Assembly (NCBI GenBank): GCA_037440005.1
Contig: JBBIUY010000012.1
Location: 25,165-74,068, forward strand
Length of the DNA: 48,904 bases
Source of the DNA: Armatimonadota bacterium
Lineage (GTDB): Bacteria; Sysuimicrobiota; Sysuimicrobiia; Sysuimicrobiales; Kaftiobacteriaceae
Direction of reading: 5' to 3'
Part shown: one piece after another, positions 35,253 through 43,801 of the stretch
Layout: each line of letters starts with the position of its first letter
Position numbering within the stretch: the first letter of the stretch is position 1
Translations under genes and position numbers: made by a program
Notes under the pieces: model-generated
Database searches by the model: none
What the model saw: only the letters and a program-made list of their open reading frames with translations
Told to the model about the DNA's origin: nothing

Positions 35253-36009
35253 CGCGCCACCCGGCGGGAACGGCCGCCGCTGTTTCCAGGATCTCCCGCA
35301 CGTCCCCTTCCACCCGCTGCAGGTGCTCCAGCATCCGCGCCCGGGCGGCCTGCGGGTCCCCGGACGCGATGGCGGCGCGGATCTGCTCGTGCTGGGCGAT
35401 GGAGCGCTGGGGGCTGCCGGGGATGTGGTAGATGGAGGCCAGCGCGTCCTGCAGCGGCCCCCGGATGGCTTCCATCATGTGGTGAGCCACCCGGTTGCCC
35501 GACGCCGCCGCCACCGTCAGGTGAAAGCGCAGGTCCGCGGTGATGTAGCGGCGCTGGTCGTGCAGGCCCTGCCGCATCTCCTCGATGGCGGCGGCCATCG
35601 CCTGCAGGTGGTCGTCGGTCCGGCGCTGGGCCGCCAGCGCCGCCAGCTCGGCTTCCAGGATCTTGCGGACCTCGAACAGCTCGGCCAAGTTGGCCGCCCG
35701 CAGGGCCACCAGCAGGTCCAGGGAGTGGTTGAGGGGGTTGCCGTAGTCCGCCACGACGAAGGCGCTTCCGCCCACGGGGCGGATCAGCCCCCGGGATTCG
35801 AGGATGCGCAGCGCTTCGCGGACCGAGGACCGCCCCACGCCGTACGAGCGCGAGATCTCCCGCTCCGGCGGCACGGGATCCCCCGGCCGCCACCGGCCGG
35901 TGCCGATCAGGGCGATCAACCGGTCGGCCAGCTCCTCGTAGATCCGCCGCCGGGCGATGGGCCCGCCGTCGGGCACGTCCCGCACGCGGGGACGGGGTTC
36001 TTCCGCCAC
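35245..36009 (-). CDS. GntR/FadR family transcriptional regulator
   Basis: GDPVPPERE...GVGRSSVREAL winged HTH; FCD domain (D-x-x-FH...SGN...H...H); start approximate. Confidence 0.9.
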   Translation of the reverse strand: MAEEPRPRVRDVPDGGPIARRRIYEELADRLIALIGTGRWRPGDPVPPEREISRSYGVGRSSVREALRILESRGLIRPVGGSAFVVADYGNPLNHSLDLLVALRAANLAELFEVRKILEAELAALAAQRRTDDHLQAMAAAIEEMRQGLHDQRRYITADLRFHLTVAAASGNRVAHHMMEAIRGPLQDALASIYHIPGSPQRSIAQHEQIRAAIASGDPQAARARMLEHLQRVEGDVREILETAAAVPAGWRGG

Positions 36010-36017
36010 GGGGGTAT

Positions 36018-36028
36018 TGGTCTGACGA
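36018..36028. promoter_or_regulatory. Putative FadR-subfamily operator
   Basis: TGGTCTGACGA fits the TNGTNNNACNA consensus; lies between a GACAAT -10-like hexamer (36033-36038, minus) and the regulator start. Confidence 0.6.
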
Positions 36029-36227
36029 TCAGATTGTCTGCGAAGTTCTCTGCCCCTGGACCCTTTTCCTGCTGCCAGGCGCGCGGGCGGGCGGTGGCCA
36101 CCGGCGGGTCCGCACCGATCCCCGCCCGAGGAGTCGGATCCCGCCATTCCAGCGGGGCACTCGCACAGGACAGCCCCCGGCTCCGCCGAAACCTACACGC
36201 CGCGACCACAGGTTCGGGGAGGATGGC

Positions 36228-37328
36228 ATGGACCCACGGGTGCAGAAGATGGCCGAGGTCCTGGTGCACTACTCGCTGCGTATCCGCAGGGGAGACCTGT
36301 TCCGCATCGCCGGCCCCGCCCTGGCGGCGCCCCTGATCCGGGCGGTGTACGGGGAGGCCCTGCGGGCGGGTGCCCACCCCTACGTGCGGGTCTCCATCGA
36401 CGGGCTGGAGGAGACGTTCTACAAGCAGGCCTCCGACGACCAGCTGCGCTTCGTCTCCGACCTGGACCGCCAGGAGGTGGAGCTGATCACCGCGACTTTG
36501 GGCATCAGCGGCCGGTGGAACACCCGGGAGCTGTCCGGGGTCGACCCCCGGCGGATGGCGGTGCGCCGGGAGGCCACCAGCTCCCTGCAGCGCCGCTTTC
36601 TGGAGCGGGCGGCCCGCGGCGAGCTGCGGTGGTGCGGGACCCAGTTCCCCACCCACGCCGACGCCCAGGAGGCCGAGATGTCCCTGAGCGAGTACGAGGA
36701 CTTCGTCTACAGCGCGGGGATGCTCCACGAGCCCGACCCGGTGGAGGCCTGGCAGCGGGTGCGGGCCGACCTGGAGCGGATCGCCGGGGTCCTCAACCGC
36801 TGCCGGACGCTGGCGTTCCGCGGCCGGGACGTGGACCTGGAGCTGTCGGTGGCCGGCCGCACCTGGATCGTCGCCGCGGGCACCGAGAACTTCCCCGACG
36901 GGGAGGTGTTCACCGGCCCGGTGGAGGACTCGGCCCGCGGGTGGGTCCGCTTTTCCTTCCCGGCCGTCTACCACGGGCGCGAGGTGGACGGGGTGGAACT
37001 GACCTTCGAGCAGGGCAGGGTGGTGACGGCCCGGGCCCGCAAGGGGGAGGAGTTCCTGCGCGCCATGCTGGACACCGACGCCGGCGCGCGCTACCTGGGC
37101 GAGGTGGCCTTCGGCCTCAACTACCACATCCAGCGGTTCACCCGCAACATCCTGTTCGACGAGAAGATCGGCGGCACCATGCACCTGGCCCTGGGCATCG
37201 GGTATCCCGAAACCGGCTCCCGCAACGTCTCGGGGCTGCACTGGGACATGATCTGCGACCTGCGGCAGGACTCCGAGGTGCGGGCCGACGGGGAGGTCAT
37301 CTACCGGGACGGGCGGTTTACGGTGTGA
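36228..37328 (+). CDS. Aminopeptidase, M29 family (AmpT/AmpS-like)
   Basis: NFPDGEVFTGP, GE-x-AFG-x-N, LFDEKIGGT-x-H-x-ALG and N-x-S-x-x-HWD motifs. Confidence 0.92.
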   Translation: MDPRVQKMAEVLVHYSLRIRRGDLFRIAGPALAAPLIRAVYGEALRAGAHPYVRVSIDGLEETFYKQASDDQLRFVSDLDRQEVELITATLGISGRWNTRELSGVDPRRMAVRREATSSLQRRFLERAARGELRWCGTQFPTHADAQEAEMSLSEYEDFVYSAGMLHEPDPVEAWQRVRADLERIAGVLNRCRTLAFRGRDVDLELSVAGRTWIVAAGTENFPDGEVFTGPVEDSARGWVRFSFPAVYHGREVDGVELTFEQGRVVTARARKGEEFLRAMLDTDAGARYLGEVAFGLNYHIQRFTRNILFDEKIGGTMHLALGIGYPETGSRNVSGLHWDMICDLRQDSEVRADGEVIYRDGRFTV

Positions 37329-37352
37329 CGGACGGGACCGCGGACGCGCGGG

Positions 37353-37625
37353 TCAGGGCCGGCGGATGTCCTCGATGAGTTCCTCGAACATCTTGCGGGT
37401 CTCCGCCGCGACCTCGTCGGCCATCTCGGCGTAGGCCGGGTGCTCCTGGGTCTTGATCTGGATGTTGGCCAGCATGTTGGCCTCGATCTCCCGCAGAAAC
37501 GCGATCAGGTCGTCGGCGGGCACCTCGCCGAACTCGCCCGCGCGCACCCGGCGGACGAACTCGTCCAGCCCCTTCATCTCCACCATGCACAGCTGCTCGT
37601 AGATCTCCCACAGCCTCTCCAGCAT
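37353..37625 (-). CDS. Small acidic helical hypothetical protein
   Basis: GGAGG RBS, GC3 bias; directly downstream of pyk. Confidence 0.75.
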   Translation of the reverse strand: MLERLWEIYEQLCMVEMKGLDEFVRRVRAGEFGEVPADDLIAFLREIEANMLANIQIKTQEHPAYAEMADEVAAETRKMFEELIEDIRRP

Positions 37626-37674
37626 GGCCGGCCTCCGCCGCACCCGCCTGCGGCCCTGTTCGCCCGGAGGGCGC

Positions 37675-39135
37675 TCAGTCCTTCTGCCGGCGGCTCCGCC
37701 GCGCCCGCACCCGGTGCACCTTGATGAAGTTGACCCGCCCCCGCACCACCACCGGCGCCGAGCCCACCAGGACGATGGTGTCGCCGGGGGCGGCCAGGCG
37801 CCGGCGGATCAGTTCGTCCTCCACGTGGGCGATCATGGCGTCGGTGTTGTCCAGAAAGGCGGTGGCGAAGCACTGCACTCCCCACCACAGGGCCAGGCGC
37901 CGGGCCGTGGCGACGGTTTCGGTGAAGGCCACCAGCGGCTCCCGGGGGCGCAGCTTGGACAGGATCTGGGCGGTGCGCCCCGAGCGGGTGATGACCACGA
38001 TGGCCCGCGCCCGCACCTCCCGGGCCAGTCCGGCGGCGGCCCGGGCCACCGAGTAGACGGTGCCCCGCTGCTCGGGCAGCGCCGGCGTGAACACGGCGGG
38101 GTTGGAGGACTCGACGGCCCGGGCGATGCGGTCCATCATGCGCACCGCTTCCACCGGATAGCGGCCCAGGGCCGTCTCGGCCGACAGCATCACCGCGTCG
38201 GTGCCGTCCAGGATGGCGTTGGCCACGTCCGACGTCTCGGCGCGGGTGGGCCGGGGGCTGCCGACCATGGACTCGAGCATCTGGGTGGCGGTGATCACCG
38301 GGATGCCGGCGGCGTTGGCCCTCTGGATGATCGTCTTCTGCAGCACCGGCACCCAGGCGGGGTCCAGTTCGACGCCCAGGTCGCCCCGGGCCACCATCAC
38401 CCCGTCGGCGGCCCGGAGGATCTCGTCCAGGGCCCGGATGGCCTCGGCCTTCTCCAGCTTGGCGATGAGGGGCACCCGCCCGCCCAGCCGGGCCACCGCC
38501 TTCCGCCCGACCTCGATGTCCCGGGCGCGCTGGACGAAGCTGAGAGCGACGTAGTCCACCCCCAGCCCCAGCGCCACCTCCAGGTCGCGCAGGTCCTTGT
38601 CGGTCAGGACCGGCAGGTCCACCGCCACCCCCGGCAGGTTGACGCCCTTGTGCTCCCGCAGTACGCCGCCCCGGACCACCCGGGTGACCACGGCGGTCCG
38701 GGAGGTGCTCTCCACTTCCAGCTCCAGGGTGCCGTCGTCCAGCAGGATGCGGTCGCCGCGGCGGACGTCCCGGGGCAGGCCCGGGTAGTTGGTGGTGATC
38801 TGGCCGTCGGTGGCGGCGCCGTCGGCGGTGATGACCAGGCGCTGGCCTTCCTGCAGGTCGATGGCACCTCCCGGCAGGCTGCCCACCCGGATCTTGGGGC
38901 CGGCCAGGTCCGCCATCACCGCCACCGTACGCCCGGTGGCGGCCTCGGCGTCGCGGACGGCCTGGTACAGGCGGGCGTGCTGCTCGGGGTCTCCGTGGGA
39001 GAAGTTCAGCCGCACCACGTCCACCCCCGCCTCCACCAGGGCGCGGATCCGTTCGGGGTCGCTGGTGGCCGGACCCAGGGTGGCCACGATGCTGGTGCGG
39101 CGCTCCCACGCGCGGGGGACGGGCTCAAGCTTCAT
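37675..39135 (-). CDS. pyk: Pyruvate kinase
   Basis: IVATLGPA, RLNFSHG, KGVNLPG, IAKLE, MVARGDLG and ATQMLESM motifs. Confidence 0.96.
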   Translation of the reverse strand: MKLEPVPRAWERRTSIVATLGPATSDPERIRALVEAGVDVVRLNFSHGDPEQHARLYQAVRDAEAATGRTVAVMADLAGPKIRVGSLPGGAIDLQEGQRLVITADGAATDGQITTNYPGLPRDVRRGDRILLDDGTLELEVESTSRTAVVTRVVRGGVLREHKGVNLPGVAVDLPVLTDKDLRDLEVALGLGVDYVALSFVQRARDIEVGRKAVARLGGRVPLIAKLEKAEAIRALDEILRAADGVMVARGDLGVELDPAWVPVLQKTIIQRANAAGIPVITATQMLESMVGSPRPTRAETSDVANAILDGTDAVMLSAETALGRYPVEAVRMMDRIARAVESSNPAVFTPALPEQRGTVYSVARAAAGLAREVRARAIVVITRSGRTAQILSKLRPREPLVAFTETVATARRLALWWGVQCFATAFLDNTDAMIAHVEDELIRRRLAAPGDTIVLVGSAPVVVRGRVNFIKVHRVRARRSRRQKD

Positions 39136-39210
39136 GGCGATGCCGTTCGGCACCCGCCGGGGGCGTCCCTGTGCCCCGGCGGCCCTCCGTAGTATCATGG
39201 TAGCGGACTG

Positions 39211-39285
39211 GCCGGCGTAGCTCAGCGGTAGAGCAGCGCACTCGTAATGCGCAGGCCACCGGTTCGAATCCGGTCGCCGGCTCCA
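39211..39285 (+). tRNA. tRNA-Thr (CGT)
   Basis: GCCGGCGTAGCTCAG...CTCGTAA...GGTTCGAATCC...GCCGGCTCCA; TATCAT -10-like box at 39193. Confidence 0.96.
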
Positions 39286-39323
39286 CCCAGCTTCCGGATC
39301 CTCCGGCCATCGCCGCCCGCGGC

Positions 39324-39365
39324 GGATGGCGCTCCGGGCACCCGCGGGCGCCCGGAGCGCCATCC
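39324..39365. terminator. Long GC-rich hairpin between convergent tRNA-Thr and transporter gene
   Basis: ggatggcgctccgggc...gcccggagcgccatcc, a 16-bp inverted repeat. Confidence 0.6.
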
Positions 39366-39391
39366 TGAGCCCGAGCCACGTACCGCCGCGA

Positions 39392-40861
39392 CTACCGGGC
39401 CAGGATCTTGGGGAGGTTGAGGATGAAGTAGGCGAAGAAGAAACCGAAGAACACCACGTTGGCGCCCAGGGCCACCTCCCGCCAGGCGCTGCCCCGGAAT
39501 TCTTTCGGGAGGAATTTCCTGTTAAGGATGATGGTGAGGACCGCCGAGAGTGCCATGGTGAAGTTGGCTATATTGGCGCTGAGGGCGACGAGGAACAGCG
39601 GGAACCGGTAGCCGATGAACAGCGCGCCCCACACGGCAAAGAGGATGAGGACCGCATAGTAGACCCGCCGGATGTCCTCCTGCGCCGACCGCCGGATGGG
39701 CATCAGGCGGCTCCACAGCATGTCGGTGACCTGCCGTGCCACCAGGTCCACGTTGGAGAGCTGGGTGCTGAACAGGATCCAGAAGCCGAAGAAGGCGGCC
39801 AGGTACACGCCCCCCACGCCGATCCCGAGCTTCTCCCCGATGTAGGAGGCCACCCCCCAGCGCGGGAGGTCCGTCCCCAAGGGGACCACGCCCCGGTACA
39901 GGATGCCGGGCAGGTACATGCCCAGCATCGCACCCAGGAAGAAGATCCACCACTGGTCCAGGTGGAGGATACGCAACCACGCCCGCCACGCATCCAGGTT
40001 GGCGGGAGTCGGGTCTGCCGCTTTGCCGGTGGGCGACACCTTGACCCGCGCGCCGCCCACGATGGCCGAGATGTAGCCCACCTTCGCCCCCATGGCGTAT
40101 CCCTTGTCCCTGTACCAGTTGGTGATGGCGTTGTTTCCGAAGCCGCCATAGGCCGAGTATCCGACCAACGCGCCCAACAGCAGCACGTCGACGCCCCGGG
40201 GGACGTATCCGAACCGGACAAACCCGACCAGGCCTTCGGCCCACACGCTGGCCGGCACGAGGATCAGGTCCAGGATGAACAGGCCCCCGATGACCACGAT
40301 CATCATCACCCAGTTGGCCCACTCCAGGGTGCGCTCGACCCGGCGGCCGATGGACGTCAGGAGGACGCAGAGGACGAAGGTCAGATACCCCAGGGTGAGG
40401 ACGAGGCTTCGCTCCGCGTCGCCGGGAATGCGACCGAGGAAGAAGACCGCCAGGGCCGTGGCCGACGCGAACGCCCACCCGGGCAGGCCGCGTTCCAGGA
40501 AACCCACCACCGAGTACAGCAGCCCCCAGAACCACCCGCCCGGCGCCAGGCGCATGTAACCCACCGTCACCGGTTCGCCGGTGTACAGGGTGTACCGGGC
40601 CATTTCCAGGTTCAGGAACGTCTGCAACAGTGAGGAGACGGTGGTGATCCAGATCAGGGCCAGTCCCCACTTGACAAACAGGGACGGACCGATGAGCCAC
40701 TCGCCACTCCCGATGGTCCCCCCCAGGGCGATGATGGACGGTCCGAGAATTGCCAGGAGCCGGCGCGTGGTCAGAGGGGTGGGTGGCGAGGGAATATCCG
40801 TGACCTCGAAGGGAGGACCGTATCCTCCCGCCCGCTCGACGGCCGCAGCCACAGCGACCAC
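39392..40861 (-). CDS. Nramp-like / APC-superfamily membrane transporter
   Basis: LGP...IGSGEW.IGP, RYTLYTGEP, about 11-12 TM segments; AAGGAGG RBS. Confidence 0.82.
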   Translation of the reverse strand: MVAVAAAVERAGGYGPPFEVTDIPSPPTPLTTRRLLAILGPSIIALGGTIGSGEWLIGPSLFVKWGLALIWITTVSSLLQTFLNLEMARYTLYTGEPVTVGYMRLAPGGWFWGLLYSVVGFLERGLPGWAFASATALAVFFLGRIPGDAERSLVLTLGYLTFVLCVLLTSIGRRVERTLEWANWVMMIVVIGGLFILDLILVPASVWAEGLVGFVRFGYVPRGVDVLLLGALVGYSAYGGFGNNAITNWYRDKGYAMGAKVGYISAIVGGARVKVSPTGKAADPTPANLDAWRAWLRILHLDQWWIFFLGAMLGMYLPGILYRGVVPLGTDLPRWGVASYIGEKLGIGVGGVYLAAFFGFWILFSTQLSNVDLVARQVTDMLWSRLMPIRRSAQEDIRRVYYAVLILFAVWGALFIGYRFPLFLVALSANIANFTMALSAVLTIILNRKFLPKEFRGSAWREVALGANVVFFGFFFAYFILNLPKILAR

Positions 40862-40952
40862 CCTCCTTCGGCTCAGAGTCGCGATCCTGCCGACGGGTCC
40901 TTCGACGTCTCACCCCCTTCCCGCCTGCGGCGGGGCGTCCCGCGCGCGGGAT

Positions 40953-41771
40953 TCAGCGGCGTCCCGCGACGCGGGATCGGCGACCTGACGCCGGCTGCCC
41001 CGCCTGCCATCCCAGGTCTCGGGAGATGCGGTCAGTGGCCGCGCGGACCGCCGCGATCAGCTGCGGCAGGCGGTCGTCGGTGATCCGCGAGCTGGGGCCC
41101 GAGATGCTCACCGCCGCCGCCACCTTTCCCTCGTGGTCCCGCACAGGCGCGGCCACGCAGCGCACCCCCACTTCCCGCTCCTCGTTGTCCAGGGCCACCC
41201 CGGTGGCTCGCACCTCCCGCAGCACGCGCAGGAGGCGGTGGAGGTCCACGATGGTGTGGGGGGTAAACCGGGGCAGCCCGGTCGCGGCCAGGAGGGACAG
41301 GACCTCCCGATCACCGAGGCCAGCGAGGAGGATCTTGCCCACCCCGGTGCAGTGGGCCGGAACGCGGCGGCCCACCCGGGTAAACATGCGGACCAGGTTG
41401 CGGCTCTCCACCTGGTCGATGTACACCACCTCTCCGTCCAGGAGGACGGCCAGGTTGGCGGTCTCCTGGGTCTCTTCCATGAGCCAGCGGAGGTGCGGAC
41501 GGGCCACATCCCGCAGCTCCACCTGCTGGAGAGCAGCACTGCCGACCTGGAAGGCGCGCATGCCCAGCCGGTAGCGTCCGGTTTCCGGGTCCTGGGCGGC
41601 AAACCCCCGCCGGGCCAGAGACGCCAGCAGGCGGTGCACGGTGCTGGCGTGCAGTTTCACCCGGGCGCTGAGCTCCACCAGGCCCACGGGCCTGTCCGAG
41701 TCCGCCAGGGCCTCCAGGATGGCCAGCGCCCGATCCACGGCCTGCACGGGGCGTTCCGCCGGCGCCGTCAT
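40953..41771 (-). CDS. IclR family transcriptional regulator
   Basis: VQAVDRAL...STVHRLL HTH, HCTGVGK and EERE.GVRCVAAPV motifs. Confidence 0.93.
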   Translation of the reverse strand: MTAPAERPVQAVDRALAILEALADSDRPVGLVELSARVKLHASTVHRLLASLARRGFAAQDPETGRYRLGMRAFQVGSAALQQVELRDVARPHLRWLMEETQETANLAVLLDGEVVYIDQVESRNLVRMFTRVGRRVPAHCTGVGKILLAGLGDREVLSLLAATGLPRFTPHTIVDLHRLLRVLREVRATGVALDNEEREVGVRCVAAPVRDHEGKVAAAVSISGPSSRITDDRLPQLIAAVRAATDRISRDLGWQAGQPASGRRSRVAGRR

Positions 41772-41831
41772 GGCGAGATCAACTCCTCCTTCCGCCGCGG
41801 TCGGCCCGCAGTCCGGGGCCGGCGAGGGGCT

Positions 41832-43283
41832 CTACGTGACCGCCAGAGAGACCGACTTGACCTCCAGGTACTCGTCAATTCCCTCCCGGCCTCCCTCGCG
41901 CCCCAGTCCACTCTCCTTGAAGCCGCCGAAGGGAATTTCGTGGGTGTAGCCGCTGGCGTCGTTGACCCCGATCATGCCGTACTCCAGCGCCTCGGCCACC
42001 CGGATGGCCCTCGCCAGGTCCCGGGTGTAAAAGTACGCGGCCAGCCCGTAGGTGGTGTCGTTGGCCCGGGCCACGATTTCGTCCTCGCTGGCGAAGCTCA
42101 TGACGGGGGCCACGGGGCCGAAGATCTCCTCCCGGGCCACCCGCATCTCCTCTCGGACGTCTTCCAGCACCGTGGGGGCGAAGAAGTATCCCCGGGCGTA
42201 GGGCCCGTCGGTGAGCCGGCGTCCTCCCACCGTGACCCGCGCCCCCCCGGCGACGGCCTCGTCCACGAGCTCCTCCACCTTGTCCAGGGTCTGCTGGTTG
42301 ATGAGGGGACCGACCTGGGCTCCCTCCTCGAACCCCGGCGCGACTCTCAGCTCCCTGACCCGCTGGCGGAACAGCGGCAGAAACCGATCCTGAACCGCCG
42401 CGTGGACGTAGATGCGGTTGGCGCAGATGCACGACTGGCCGCCCACCCGGAGAAACTTGATGGCCACCGCGCCCTCCACGGCGCGGTCCAGCTCAGCGTC
42501 GTCGAACACGATGAAAGGCGCGTTGCCCCCCAGTTCGAACGACAGACGCTTGATCTGGTCCGCGGCCGCCCGCATGAGCGCTTTGCCGGTCTCGGTGGAT
42601 CCGGTGAAGGCGATTTTGCGCACCCGACGGTCGGCCAGGAAAACGTCCCCCAGCGCCGCGGAGTTCCGACCCACCACGACGTTGAAGACGCCGGGAGGCA
42701 GACCGGCGTCGTGGAGGGCCCGGGCGATGGCCAGGGCGGTCAGAGGGGTGGCGCTGGCCGGTTTGAGGACGACGGTGCACCCGGCGGCCAGGGCGGGGGC
42801 GATCTTCCGCGTCACCATGGTGGCCGGGAAGTTCCAGGGCGTGATGGCGGCCACCACGCCCACCGGTTGCCTGAGGACCCACAGCCGCTTGCTGGAGACG
42901 GGGGGAGAGACGATGGCCCCATCCACGCGTCGGGCTTCCTCGGCGAACCACCCGAAATAGCCCAGGGCAAACTGGACTTCCCGCCGGGCTTCCTCGAGCG
43001 GTTTACCGTTTTCCAGGGTGATCAGGCGGGCGATGTCGTCCCGACGTTCCTGCAGCAGGTCCCGCGCCCGGAGGAGGTAGCGCCCCCGCTCCAGTGCAGG
43101 CAGCGCCGACCATTGCGGGAAAGCCCGCCAGGCGGCGTCCACAGCCGCACGGGCGTCCTCGGGGGAGGCGTCGGGAACTTCGGCCACCACCTCGCCCGTG
43201 GCCGGGTTGCGCACGGGCAGCGTCGCGTTGCCCCGGGCACGCACCCACTCACCGCCGATGTACAACGACCACGCGTCTGCCAT
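41832..43283 (-). CDS. NAD(P)-dependent aldehyde dehydrogenase, succinate-semialdehyde dehydrogenase-like
   Basis: ITPWNFP, FTGSTETG, ELGGNAP, GQSCICANR, EEIFGP and PFGGFKESG motifs. Confidence 0.9.
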   Translation of the reverse strand: MADAWSLYIGGEWVRARGNATLPVRNPATGEVVAEVPDASPEDARAAVDAAWRAFPQWSALPALERGRYLLRARDLLQERRDDIARLITLENGKPLEEARREVQFALGYFGWFAEEARRVDGAIVSPPVSSKRLWVLRQPVGVVAAITPWNFPATMVTRKIAPALAAGCTVVLKPASATPLTALAIARALHDAGLPPGVFNVVVGRNSAALGDVFLADRRVRKIAFTGSTETGKALMRAAADQIKRLSFELGGNAPFIVFDDAELDRAVEGAVAIKFLRVGGQSCICANRIYVHAAVQDRFLPLFRQRVRELRVAPGFEEGAQVGPLINQQTLDKVEELVDEAVAGGARVTVGGRRLTDGPYARGYFFAPTVLEDVREEMRVAREEIFGPVAPVMSFASEDEIVARANDTTYGLAAYFYTRDLARAIRVAEALEYGMIGVNDASGYTHEIPFGGFKESGLGREGGREGIDEYLEVKSVSLAVT

Positions 43284-43297
43284 CGGTGCACCCCGTG

Positions 43298-43316
43298 ATT
43301 TTCACCATGTGAAAAT
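43298..43316. promoter_or_regulatory. Perfect palindromic operator, probably bound by the IclR regulator
   Basis: ATTTTCAC-CAT-GTGAAAAT, 14 nt upstream of the ALDH start; AT-rich in a GC-rich background. Confidence 0.7.
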
Positions 43317-43518
43317 GGCTCCCGCAGATCTGGCCCGCGCACGTGTTCTCTTCGCCCCTTCCGATCCCTTCCGGCGGGAATGGCCGTCGGGAGCCGTCCC
43401 GGGGCGGTCCTCCGCGCGCTCAAGATGGGCCAGGTCGGGGGCCGGGACTGCGGGGCGGTGGAGACGGTGTCCGGCGTCGAGGCCCGGACGATGGGGACAA
43501 GGCGGCGCTTGACGACAA

Positions 43519-43569
43519 GATCGGAGATCCGCTGGAACGCCCTCTCAGGCGGCCCGCGGATCTCCGATC
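43519..43569. terminator. 14-bp inverted-repeat hairpin downstream of the small ORF
   Basis: gatcggagatccgc ... gcggatctccgatc. Confidence 0.5.
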
Positions 43570-43592
43570 CCGTCCCGGATCCTGCCGGACGG

Positions 43593-43766
43593 TCAGTCGG
43601 CCGACTCGCGCATGAAGCGCTGCAGGGCCTCCACCAGCGCCTGCAGCTGCTTGACCACGTCCTTGGTGCTGGGGTACTCTCCGAGGTTTTTCAGGTCGGC
43701 GGCGATGCGGGTGAGTTCGCGCTGACACGTCGCCGCCGCGTCGCGGACCGCCAGAGTCCGGGGCAT
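43593..43766 (-). CDS. 57-aa small protein (two predicted amphipathic helices)
   Basis: GGAGGTGA RBS, own TACAAT box (43804-43809, minus); MPRTLAVRDAAATCQRELTRIAADLKNL... Confidence 0.72.
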   Translation of the reverse strand: MPRTLAVRDAAATCQRELTRIAADLKNLGEYPSTKDVVKQLQALVEALQRFMRESAD

Positions 43767-43801
43767 GCTCTCACCTCCGACGCGAGGGTGACTATGTGTC
43801 T

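Noticed and set aside
39211..43600. Integrative element with att sites at tRNA-Thr
   Set aside because: No duplicate of the tRNA 3' end and no integrase were found in the window.
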